64,000 nucleotides of DNA from Tricharina praecox. Its lineage: Eukaryota. This document shows positions 12,889 to 23,500 of the stretch, in pieces. The first letter of the stretch is position 1. Each line of letters begins with the position of its first letter. The notes below the pieces were generated by a model. It had not been told where the DNA came from and did no database searches. It saw nothing but the letters and a program-made list of their open reading frames with translations. Position numbers and translations under genes: made by a program. The DNA is taken from contig NW_026250430.1 of assembly GCF_024521635.1 (NCBI RefSeq), forward strand, positions 310,001 through 374,000. The letters run 5' to 3'.

Positions 12889-15800
12889 CTACCTGGGTAA
12901 ACACGCACAACCACAACCCACAGCCGGACACCTCTCCATGCCCTCCTCACGCTCTGCATCCTCGCCGACGAACCAGCCCCTCAGACAGCCCTCGCACCCG
13001 CCATGGCCACAGACACCACACACGGTCCAGCGCCGCTCCTTCCCGAGCTCGCCACAGATTACACACGCCGCGCCTCCGCGGCCCGCACATTTCATGCACC
13101 AGCCACCGCCGCGGCCACCCACGGCGCGCCCGCACTCGCCGCAGCTAAGATCGACGTCGACGTTGAACTGTCCGGACATGCGGACAACCTCGGAGGGCGC
13201 GAGCTTGCGGACGAGAGCTGCGACCGAGAAGTAGCGCATCTGCGTGAGCAGCGAAAGGTAGCCGTCGAGGACTTCTTCAACAATGTGCGCCGAGAACAGC
13301 ATCCGTCGGTGGAGCAGGAGGATTAGTACCGCCGCTGTCTGGACGTCGCCGGTTTCGGTGGAGTACGCGAGGAATTGCTCGACCATGTGCCGTGATGACC
13401 AGGGCTTCTCGTCGTCTGCGGTGGAAACGCTGGTCTGAGTACTGGGGACTGGCATGCGCAGTTGAGGGACAGACTGCGGTTGCTGAGCCGAGTAAGGAGA
13501 GAGGATCGTGGATGCGTTCATTTCCTCGGTGATAGGTGGGAGAGAGTTGTTAGAGATGTTTGGATGGGTGGTATTGGCGTGATTCGGTGACTCCGAGTCT
13601 GACATGTCGCTACGTGTCGATTCGAGGACACCGTAGCTGCTCGATGTCTGCTCACTCACGAGCGAGAACTGCCGCTGCAAGCTTTGTGAGCCGTTGAACG
13701 AAGTATCGGTGTGGGTCGTGGCCGAGTAAGGGTGTGAAGTTGACTGATCGTTTTTGCCGTTGCTCTTGGCGTTGGCGGGGTTGTTGATGTCGACGTGAGC
13801 AGTTCCTTTCTGCGCAGGGCTGTGAACACCGAGAGGGTCGGAGCGCTCAGAGGTCGCAGTGAATAGGGGAAGGTTGTGATTTTCGTCGATAGAGTGGTGG
13901 GCGCTGCCGTTGGCATTGGCCTTTGATTCACCACCGGGCTGCGCTGAAGTGCCCATGTCATGGGCTTTTGTGTGGTTGCTGGCGCCAGTATCAACAGTAA
14001 GGTTTGGTCGAACTTTACTGCTGCTCGGACTGACATTTGGAGCGTCGCTGTCAGGGTGGATTGGAGCCAACGCCGGGACAACTTTCTCAGTCACTGCATA
14101 TTCTTCACCATCGGTGGAGATAGTGGAGCTGGAAGGGCTTCTCCCAAACGCCGAAGGAGGAAGCCGAAGAAGCTGTTCGCCCATCGACTCGTGCTTCGCA
14201 GGTGTTGGTGTAGGAGCACTCGCCGGTGATGGTGGTGCCAATGGTGTGGCGCCTCCAGACGCACTCGCCGAGTTGTCACCGCCGAGACCGAGCGCCCTCC
14301 TCGCGACCAAACCGGTAGGATGCTGGGCCGAGGAAACACTTTCAGCCCGTTGGAATTTCCTTTTTTCAGCTGCTTCCTCGTCCTCCGAAGCGATAATCTT
14401 CTGTATCATCTTCCACGTTGTTGCTGTACGATGATTCTGTGCCCGGAATGCCACCCGCGCGTTCCAATCGCAAGCCTGGAGGAGCGTCATCTTCTTTCCT
14501 CCCGCGACGCCGTCGAGATCGATGATGTATTTTTCCGCGAAATAAACAAACGCCTCTTTATCGAACAGGCTCGGAATCGAGACCCGTGCGGCAGACTGAG
14601 ATGGCATGAATTTATCGAGTGTTGTGTCGAATACGTTGAGCGCATTTAGCGAAGGTCGAGACGACCTGAACGAGCTACTGCGACCATGACTTCGGCGGTC
14701 CTCCCGTAATGTATCCTCGTCGAAGTCGGCTCGCCCCCCAACTGTGTGGAATCGACTCCTTGCCCGCCGCTGTCCCGCAAACGTGAATTCCCCGTCCGGA
14801 GCCCACGATATGGCACTGTGTGTCAGAGAATCGATGGGCTGTGGCGCAGAAGGAACATAGGTCTGGACCAAGGTACAGTCCTTGGCGCAAGACCATAATA
14901 TATCCTCATCCTTCCACAATATCCCCGTAGTCGCATTGTCGTGTACGTCCATGATTCTGGAGGGAATATAGGGCCGCTTGAAGTCCCACAATTGCATCCG
15001 GTGATCATTATTGATGGCACAAGTAGCCAGCTGTGTCGTGTCGTTCTTGTTATTTCGCGATGGTCTCCATGCGATGCGACTCACGGATGCCATCGTAGTG
15101 AGCTCGTGCTTCGGTTTCCGCCGTGGATCAGCATTGAAGTCCCATATCTTTACTGTGCGATCTCTTCCGCCACTTGCGCAGTGCCTTCCGTCGGGATGCC
15201 AGTCGACCGTAAATGCCGGTCCGTTATGCGCATTGATCTTGCGCTCGTATATCGATTCCTTCCTGTAATCCCAACGCTGTTTTGCGTGTCAGCTCACACA
15301 CGTCACGCCGGAACTGGCCATATCCGGGTCACCAACCTGTATGGCACCACTATCGAAAGCGGCTGCAAACTCGGTAGCATTCGCAGCATTAAACTGGACA
15401 TCCCTCACAGCGTCCGACTTCCCCACAAATGTAAATCTGCTCTTGTTCTCCCTGAGGTCCCACAACTTGATGGTCCCATCCTGGCTCGCGCTGAGCAGCA
15501 GATTTCCATTCGCCTGGTTGAACGCTAGCCGATGGACCTGCCGAACATGTTCCCTGAGCATGCGATCCAGCTTCCCCTGCTTGACATCGTATAGACAGAT
15601 AGTGCCGTTTGTCCCCGCCGTCGCAATGATGTTCTTCTGGTGGATCGTCCCCCACTTGACGTCATACTGGAAATGTCGTTTTTGTTCGCCGGGGAGTCGG
15701 AGGTTCGCCTCTTCGGTGATCTCGTTGGTGCCGACGCGGAGGACGCGTAGGATCTCGCGACCGGCTACTACGATGCGGTCTTCGTCGTTGGTGGAGAGCG

Positions 15801-16170
15801 CTAGGATCGCCGAGCCGAGGTTGTAGCGTAGGTTGCGGGGTACCGTAAGGTTCCTGGGGGACGGGATGTTAGTATCCGCTTCCCCGCTTCCCCGCGCCGG
15901 TGATGGCGGCGAGGTCTGCGCGGGGGGAAGGGATGGGAAGGGGGGGGAGACGTACGGAGCATTCGTCACACTCGTGGGGCCACTACCACCGCCCGCGCCC
16001 GTAAGCCCGCTGTTGTTCCCCGAGGAGCTAGGCGGGCGACTGGTGCCGACGAAGGGCTGGGTGAGTCGAGCGAAGACGGCGCGACGTGACTGGTGCTGCT
16101 GCTGCGGGGGTTGGCTCGAGTTGGCGGACAGCAGAGCGTGTTCGTACTGCGCGTAGTGGCTGTCGGCCAT
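12889..16170 (-). CDS. RTC1: SEACAT/GATOR2 subunit Sea2/Rtc1 (WDR24 ortholog), ~1073 aa, 2 exons
   Basis: One 60-nt intron (15336-15277) joins the two ORFs. N-terminal WD40 repeats (EHVRQVHRLAFN..LLLSASQDGTIKLWDLR, AHNGPAFTVDWHPDG, WDFKRPYIP), CDWNARVA and GDVQTA motifs, and a C-terminal Zn-finger/RING ending CPAVGCGCAC. Confidence 0.9.
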
Positions 16171-16946
16171 CGGGGATTGTCATTCGAAGGATGAGGGCGT
16201 GGATATGGCTTGTCGGCGGAGGCGGAGAGCTTCCATAGATTCCCTATGTACGTAAGCTGCGGCGGCGGCGCGGCGGGGGCGTTTTTCTGGCTGATCGTGG
16301 TGGATGCGCTTTTTTAATTTTTAACGGGGGATTGGGCTGTTACTATCGGTAGTCGATGACACTAGCGAATGGGACCTACCTATGGGTGCGATAGCTAATC
16401 GGTGTGCTTCCTGTTGGCGGTGATGATTGCCGAATGAGCCCTGATGAAGGGTAGGGCAGATAACGGAGCGATAGATGGAGTGAGGCTGAAGATCATCACC
16501 ATGGGACGGTCGGAGCGATCGTTGTCTGTGGGAGGCCGCGGCCCGCGGGTACTATCGACCAGATTAGCGATGATCGATATGATATGATCGATTGATTGAT
16601 AACCAAAGCATCCGACGTTGCACGGGAGCGTTATGGTGACACAGCACCGCACAGCAAAACAAAAACCTGTGCAGCTGGCAGCAAACAAAAGTAAACGGAT
16701 CGCATACTGCAGAGAAGGTGCAGGTCCGCCATCAAATATCTGCATAGTACGATGAATATAGGTGTCTAGATCGATCTTGAAATTGCCACACTATAATTGA
16801 CGAATCGAAGAGAAAGAGGAGGGTATTTTAGGTACAAAGTATGAAGCTTGAGTGTGAAATGAGTTTCCTCCGATCCGCACCGAAAAATAATCAAGCGACG
16901 AAGACACAACCAGATCTGTCGTGCACAAGCAGACCGAGCCAAGAAG

Positions 16947-17519
16947 CTAGACTTCCATCACCAGCTGCCAGATGGCCTTCCCATAGATCTACTTCGCCAG
17001 CACTCTCAAGCGCATCGGCATGATATCGTCCTTGTAATGCTCCCGCACATCACTCTTCTGGATAGGAACGTGGATACTGCCCCGGCCGCTCATCTCAGAG
17101 ACTCGCTTCACGCACTCCTCCTTCTTCTCCGTGTTCCACCACTTCGGCAGGACACACTTTCCTCGGCCAACCTCAAGAACTCCACAAAGCACTCCACTGG
17201 ATCCTCGCCAGCATACAGCCACATCAAGTTTTTAGCCTAACATGACTCATCCTCAAATCGCATCCTGTAGCAGTCGATGATGCGCTCATAGAGTTTGTCC
17301 TGCGAGAGCTTGTGTAGCGTGTCATCGTCGAAGAGTGACTTAAAAATAGGTATCAAGGTCACGGAGAGGCACACCGCACGTGTTCTTGTGAGTCTTCCAA
17401 CCGGCCTCCTGGCACTCACGGGAGCAGCAGGACGTGACCTGACAGGCTGGGCAGGGTTTGAGGTCGGAGGAGGTCTTGCTGCAATTCACGCAGACGGAGT
17501 CGGAGTCGGACGACGACAT
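16947..17519 (-). pseudogene. MYND zinc-finger protein pseudogene (fungal MYND-domain family)
   Basis: CVNC..CPAC..CCSRECQEAGWKTHKNTC, then family motifs IDCYRMRFEDE, LPKWW and EHYKDDIMPMRLRVLA spread over different frames; two frameshifts (~17342, ~17160) and two in-frame TAG stops (17237, 16989). Confidence 0.8.
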
Positions 17520-17702
17520 GGCTGCTGGAAGACGCGTATTGTATTTCCTCTCTTCACGACGGGGCTCTGCCTCATGGAAGATATTATACACAACCCATCA
17601 CTTCACCCGCCTGTACAACCCATGGCGTCCGGGAGTATCTACAAAGATCAGCCAGCGGCCCAGCCAAAGGCTATCGAAACAGATCCCACCATTGCTCGCA
17701 TC

Positions 17703-18107
17703 TTAAACTTGCTTCCTTGGTCGTTTCCTCGGCCTCTCTTTCTCCATTGACACACGGTCCTCCACCTGCACCACCTCCTTCTGCTTGCCCTTTCCTTTCT
17801 CCACTGCCGCCACCGGCGCGCTCACTTTCACGCTCGCCTTAATCACCGCCGGCATTCCCCGTGCCTCTTCGATAAACCTCAACTTCACCGCCGAGCTATC
17901 GTACCGCTCTACCTCTACCTCGGGATCTCGGCCGGCGATAAGGAGGACTTCGTGTGTGGGTGCGGCAACGGTCACGTATTCGACGTTGGGGCCGGAAGAT
18001 GCGGGCTTCGGTTTCGAATCCGTGCTGATGGGGCGCCGTGGCTTTCTGGTCGCTGTGAACGCGGTGGAGGTGGAGGGGAGGTTGTGGAGTGCGCTTGTGG
18101 TAGACAT
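17703..18107 (-). CDS. Hypothetical 134-aa protein with basic C-terminus (possible NLS)
   Basis: ATG in GCCATG context, protein-like composition, C-terminal RPRKRPRK; no recognised domain. Confidence 0.45.
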   Translation of the reverse strand: MSTTSALHNLPSTSTAFTATRKPRRPISTDSKPKPASSGPNVEYVTVAAPTHEVLLIAGRDPEVEVERYDSSAVKLRFIEEARGMPAVIKASVKVSAPVAAVEKGKGKQKEVVQVEDRVSMEKERPRKRPRKQV

Positions 18108-18863
18108 GGCTTGGGGTGGTGGTGCGTAGGTGAGTATGGCACGCGCGTGAATGGGGGAACGCGAATGGACGCGTTAAGTGTTGTAGGGATGACGTCAGCA
18201 AGGTGAGTGAGGAGGGGTGCGTACTCATGATCTGTGACTCGCGGCCGAAATTACATTGCTTTTTGTAGAAGTTCTGTCGAATGACGGCATGCAGTCAATG
18301 ATGAACAGGCTAAGGTGTCGTCACCATATCGTATGCTTCGTTCTCAGAAGATGCATACGAGTGAATCGGGTATACACGCGATATCACTCGCATCGAACTT
18401 TATGGAAGACTTTATTGGCAGATTTTCATCGCAGTACACTACATGACAGTGATGTGGAACCGGAGTCTGTATTGATATATTGCCATGATCTAGTTAGCTC
18501 GCAAGCAATTAACAGTTAAACAAAAAAATTCTTCGCAGTACGAGGACCGGGGTAGACCTTTGATTCTCTCCTTGCAGTTTGTCATGATAATTGGCGACTT
18601 CCGTCTGTTGAAGTCTCGGGATATCAAGCCAAAACTCTCCCTCCAAGCTAATAATTCGACCTATTTAGCTTCCGCCTAGCGTATATCCACAAAAGCATCA
18701 GGATTCAACTACAAGAAGCTCGCAAGTTAGATGTTACAATTCTCTTTACTAAGTACAACAACAGCATTACCCAGCCGAAGGCGGTGACTCCCCGACGGAG
18801 GCGAAACCTCCCCCCTCCCAACTTTTCAACTCCTACCTTTTACTATATCTTTCACCCGACAAC

Positions 18864-19370
18864 ATGCAAGTCTACGGCCGAAAGAGCCGCCTCCTCTACC
18901 CTCCGCAGTCAGTCTCCGGCACGCCGACGCCATCCGCGCCGCGAGGCGGTGGGGGCCGCAGTCTCGATTTGGGCTTTGGCCAGCACCTCCGGCGGGCCAG
19001 CAGCTCTCGGCGGCGCCAAACACCTCCGGCGGACTTCTTCCACGCCGCCAACCCACTATTCCTTCCCGACGAATTCTCCGTACCCCGGCACATCACCTTC
19101 GGCCCCGTCAAGAAAAAGCGCAACACCTCCGGCCTCCCCCTTCTCCAACACTGCCAGAACGGCCCGCACCCGGACTGGATCCTCACGCCCGACGAGGAGG
19201 AGCACACGAGACTTACCGGAATGCTCCCTGACCCCAGGATGAGTCCCGTGCTGCTCAAGCTTAAGCTGAAGCGCCTGAAGCTTTGTGCGCTCAGTGTCGA
19301 GGGTGCGCATGGCGTCGCCGATGGCGTGGCTGAGATGGGAGAGAAGGTCAGGAGGCATGTTAGGTGGTAG
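18864..19370 (+). CDS. Hypothetical 168-aa basic protein
   Basis: ATG in ACAACATG context, C-ending codon bias, G-rich trailer; no recognised domain. Confidence 0.35.
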   Translation: MQVYGRKSRLLYPPQSVSGTPTPSAPRGGGGRSLDLGFGQHLRRASSSRRRQTPPADFFHAANPLFLPDEFSVPRHITFGPVKKKRNTSGLPLLQHCQNGPHPDWILTPDEEEHTRLTGMLPDPRMSPVLLKLKLKRLKLCALSVEGAHGVADGVAEMGEKVRRHVRW

Positions 19371-20542
19371 AGAGACGGGTGGTGCCGAAAAGGAATAACT
19401 TGCTGGAATGAGGAAGTATTTTAAAGGCGGTAATCCGGATGCGTGGGGTGGGGGGTTTCGTTGATGCATTCCTTGGATGGCACCAGTGGGAGAGGTTCTG
19501 GGGGGTTATTCTAGAGATAACTGATAGCGTTTTAATGAAATTCCTCCCTTGATTGAAATTTTGTGTGTTGAATACCGGATATGAGAGTGCCGAGGATTAA
19601 TGCTTGCTGTCATTCGACCTTGAGTGGGTGGCCGATTAAAAGTTGAGAGCAGCGAACTCAGAAGGATCGTTCTTTCACCTCCAACCAGAACCACACACGT
19701 GACACATTCAGTGATAGAGCACACGGGTTCAAGGATCGGGTAAGTTACAATTCAGAAGAGCAGTGATCAGTCAACAAGAGAGACTGGGCGCTGAGAGAGC
19801 CGGTTATTCTTGGGTAGACCTAATCTGCGACCAGTCCATCCTTACGGCTTATAGGACCGCAGGCTCATGTAAGGACGACGCGGCAAGCGGCGAGCCGTTC
19901 GGGCTCAAATTATTCACGTTGCGGTGACGGCAGCATAAGCCGCAGTTGTTCGGCGGAGCAATGTAGGCGTACCAATCTCCTTCGGTGGCAGCTGCTCGAC
20001 GTTTGCTCTTATATCCATCATCTCACCAGCACTCCATCCTCCAAGTGAATACATACATGAAGCAGACAGTCTCTATCAATGCCTGCCCGAGACCACTTGG
20101 TCCACCCCTCCCCTCCCCTTACGATTGTGATTTGCTCTTGCTCGCCTCGGCGGAGCTGAAAAATAATAATGTAAATGTGAGCCATTCATAACCTCCGTTC
20201 CCACTCCGCCCTGCTTTCCCCATCTCCCCGCCTATTCGAGAAAGTTTTGTATCTGATCGGTACGAAGCACCAACCACCCGGCATTACAGCCCCGCCTCCC
20301 TATCGCCATTTCCACACCCGCAGCCGCTTCTCCGTAGACCGAATCCCTCCAGTAACTCAAAACTTGACCCTCCACAGCACCTGCACTTCGAAGTCAAGAC
20401 CGCATATCCAACCGTCGGAGAAGGGAAACAGAGAACTCGATGCCGAAAGGTGTACGGAGGCAGGATCGTAGACCCGTCTCATGTTCGAGCATTCAATGGG
20501 CGACAAGGACTGGCACAACATCGATTCATCCAAACTCCATCG

Positions 20543-23500
20543 CTACACTACGCTCGATTGCTGGCCGGCGAGAAGTCGGCGGGCATTCGCAACATCGCTG
20601 GCGGCGTTGAGAGCATTAAGGTGGTATTCTCCATATAACTTCTCATAGTCATCAAGTGCCCGCCGGTACAACGTCAAGGCCTTATCCAGATCCCCTTGCT
20701 GCTGAAAACAGAGGGCCATGTTGTGAACCGTGCCGAGAGTGTCAGGGTGGCCTTCACCGAAGATCTTCTCATAGCCATCAAGCGCCCGCCGGTACAACGT
20801 CAAGGCCTTATCCAGATCCCCTTGCTGCTGAAAACAGATGGCCATGTTGTGAACCGTGCCGAGAGTGTCAGGGTGGCCTTCACCGAAGATCTTCTCACAG
20901 CCATCAAGCGCCCGCTGGTTCCACGTCAAGGCCTTATCCAGATCCCCTTGCTCCTGAAAACAGAGGGCCATGTTGTGAACCGTGCGGAGAGTGTCAGGGT
21001 GGCCTTCACCGAAGATCTTCTCACGACCATCAAGTGCCCGCTGGTTCCACGTCAAGGCCTTATCCAGATCCCCTTGCTGCTGAAAACAGAGGGCCATGTT
21101 GTGAACCGTGCCGAGAGTGTCAGGGTGGCCTTCACCGAAGATCTTCTCATAGCCATCAAGCGCCCGCCGGTACAACGTCAAGGCCTTATCCAGATCCCCT
21201 TGCTGCTGAAAACAGAGGGCCATGCTGTGAACCGTGCGGAGAGTGTCAGGGTGGCCTTCACCGAAGATCTTCTCACGACCATCAAGTGCCCGCTGGTTCC
21301 ACGTCAAGGCCTTATCCAGATCCCCTTGCTCCTGAAAACAGACGGCCATGCTGTGAACCGTGCGGAGAGTGTCAGGGTGGCCTTCACCGAAGATCTTCTC
21401 ACGACCATCAAGCGCCCGCTGGTTCCACGTCAAGGCCTTATCCAGATCCCCTTGCTGCCGAAAACAGACGGCCATGCTGTGAACCGTGCGGAGAGTGTCA
21501 GGGTGGCCTTCACCGAAGATCTTCTCACGACCATCAAGCGCCCGCTGGTTCCACGTCAAGGCCTTATCCAGATCCCCTTGCTGCCGAAAACAGACGGCCA
21601 TGCTGTGAACCGTGTGGAGAGTGTCAGGGTGGCCTTCACCGAAGATCTTCTCATAGCCATCAAGCGCCCGCTGGTTCCACGTCAAGGCCTTATCCAGATC
21701 CCCTTGCTCCTGAAAACAGAGGGCCATGCTGTGAACCGTGCGGAGAGTGTCAGGGTGGCCTTCACCGAAGATCTTCTCACGACCATCAAGTGCCCGCTGG
21801 TTCCACGTCAAGGCCTTATCCAGATCCCCTTGCTCCTGAAAACAGACGGCCATGCTGTTAACCGTGCGGAGAGTGTCAGGGTGGCCTTCACCGAAGATCT
21901 TCTCACGACCATCAAGTGCCCGCTGGTTCCACGTCAAGGCCTTATCCAGATCCCCTTGCTCCTGAAAACAGACGGCCATGCTGTGAACCGTGCGGAGACT
22001 GTCAGGGTGGCCTTCACCGAAGATCTTCTCACAGCCATCAAGTGCCCGCTGGTTCCACGTCAAGGCCTTATCCAGATCCCCTTGCTGCTGAAAACAGAGG
22101 GCCATGTTGTGAACCGTGCCGAGAGTGTCAGGGTGGCCTTCACCGAAGATCTTCTCATAGCCATCAAGCGCCCGCCGGTACAACGTCAAGGCCTTATCCA
22201 GATCCCCTTGCTGCTGAAAACAGATGGCCATGTTGTGAACCGTGCCGAGAGTGTCAGGGTGGCCTTCACCGAAGATCTTCTCACAGCCATCAAGCGCCCG
22301 CTGGTTCCACGTCAAGGCCTTATCCAGATCCCCTTGCTGCTGAAAACAGAGGGCCATGTTGTGAACCGTGCCGAGAGTGTCAGGGTGGCCTTCACCGAAG
22401 ATCTTCTCATAGCCATCAAGCGCCCGCCGGTACAACGTCAAGGCCTTATCCAGATCCCCTTGCTGCTGAAAACAGAGGGCCATGTTGTGAACCGTGCCGA
22501 GAGTGTCAGGGTGGCCTTCACCGAAGATCTTCTCATAGCCATCAAGTGCCCGCCGGTACCACTGCATAGCACCTGCGCCATCCTTGTTATTTTGCAGAAC
22601 CCTTCCCAACTGTTCCTGTAGTCGTAGACCAGAACGCATATGGTGGTAATCATTCGGGGTGTGCCCCAGTGCGGTGACTGCATGCGCCGCTAGGCGCATA
22701 CATTGGCGGTGATTCGCAAGGCGGTCGACTGGGAAACTATCATCTAACAAACTCAAAACTGTCTCCAAAACGGTTTTTCTTCGTTGCGTGTCTTCCGAGT
22801 CCATCTGCGTCCGGACCCAGAACCCAACGAGACGGTGTAAGCGATAATCCGAAGATTCGAGTTTATAGAGTAGGGAAAAGCTAAGAAGTGGTGCAATGGT
22901 TTTCTTGAATAGTACTGGGCTTTTATTGTCAAGGAACGGGACATGTTCCAAGATGGCTTTTGGTATCTCATCCGGGCTGAGGAAGCTCATGACTTCAAGC
23001 AGCTGCACAGCGGCAGGGTTGTCGCGCTGGATTTCGTCGATGGTGAGTTTCCACGTCGTCATCACCGCGCGTGAGCCGTGTCTGTCGCCGTCTTCGGTTG
23101 AAACTGGCAAAGCTGCGCTCATGAGCTCCTGTTGGTTGCGCTCGCATTCTTTGAACATCTTCAAGTAATCTGGAATTTCCGTCTCGGTTTCTCGTATATA
23201 TGCTGCTGCCTGTGCTATTGCTAACGGCAGTTTGTCCAGCAGATTCAACAGCTCGAGAACATCTAGCGTGTGGATCGGAACGGTGACGTCACTGGCCAAA
23301 AGCTTTGAGAACATCTCTGCTGCGTCGGAGTCGCCCATTTCGTGGATGCCCACGCCAGCGCTGGGCGGCACATATGCAGGGTTTCCGACGAGTCTTCGAT
23401 CGCGTGTTGTAAACAAGATGGCACCGCGCTTTACCGGAAGGTATTTCGCCACGTACAAGTCGACCTCATCGAAATTGTCGATGATCAAATTCCAGTCACC

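Noticed and set aside
16989..17239. TAG stops as sites of A-to-I stop-codon correction
   Set aside because: The same gene also has two frameshifts, which editing cannot repair.
20669..22558. CRISPR-like regular repeat array
   Set aside because: Contiguous coding units with no unique spacers, in a eukaryotic gene.
20656..22621. Long plus-strand ORFs (641, 401 and 217 aa) with 42-aa periodicity
   Set aside because: Antisense shadows of the TPR array: a stop-free 126-bp unit stays open when repeated, and the ORFs end where the array ends.
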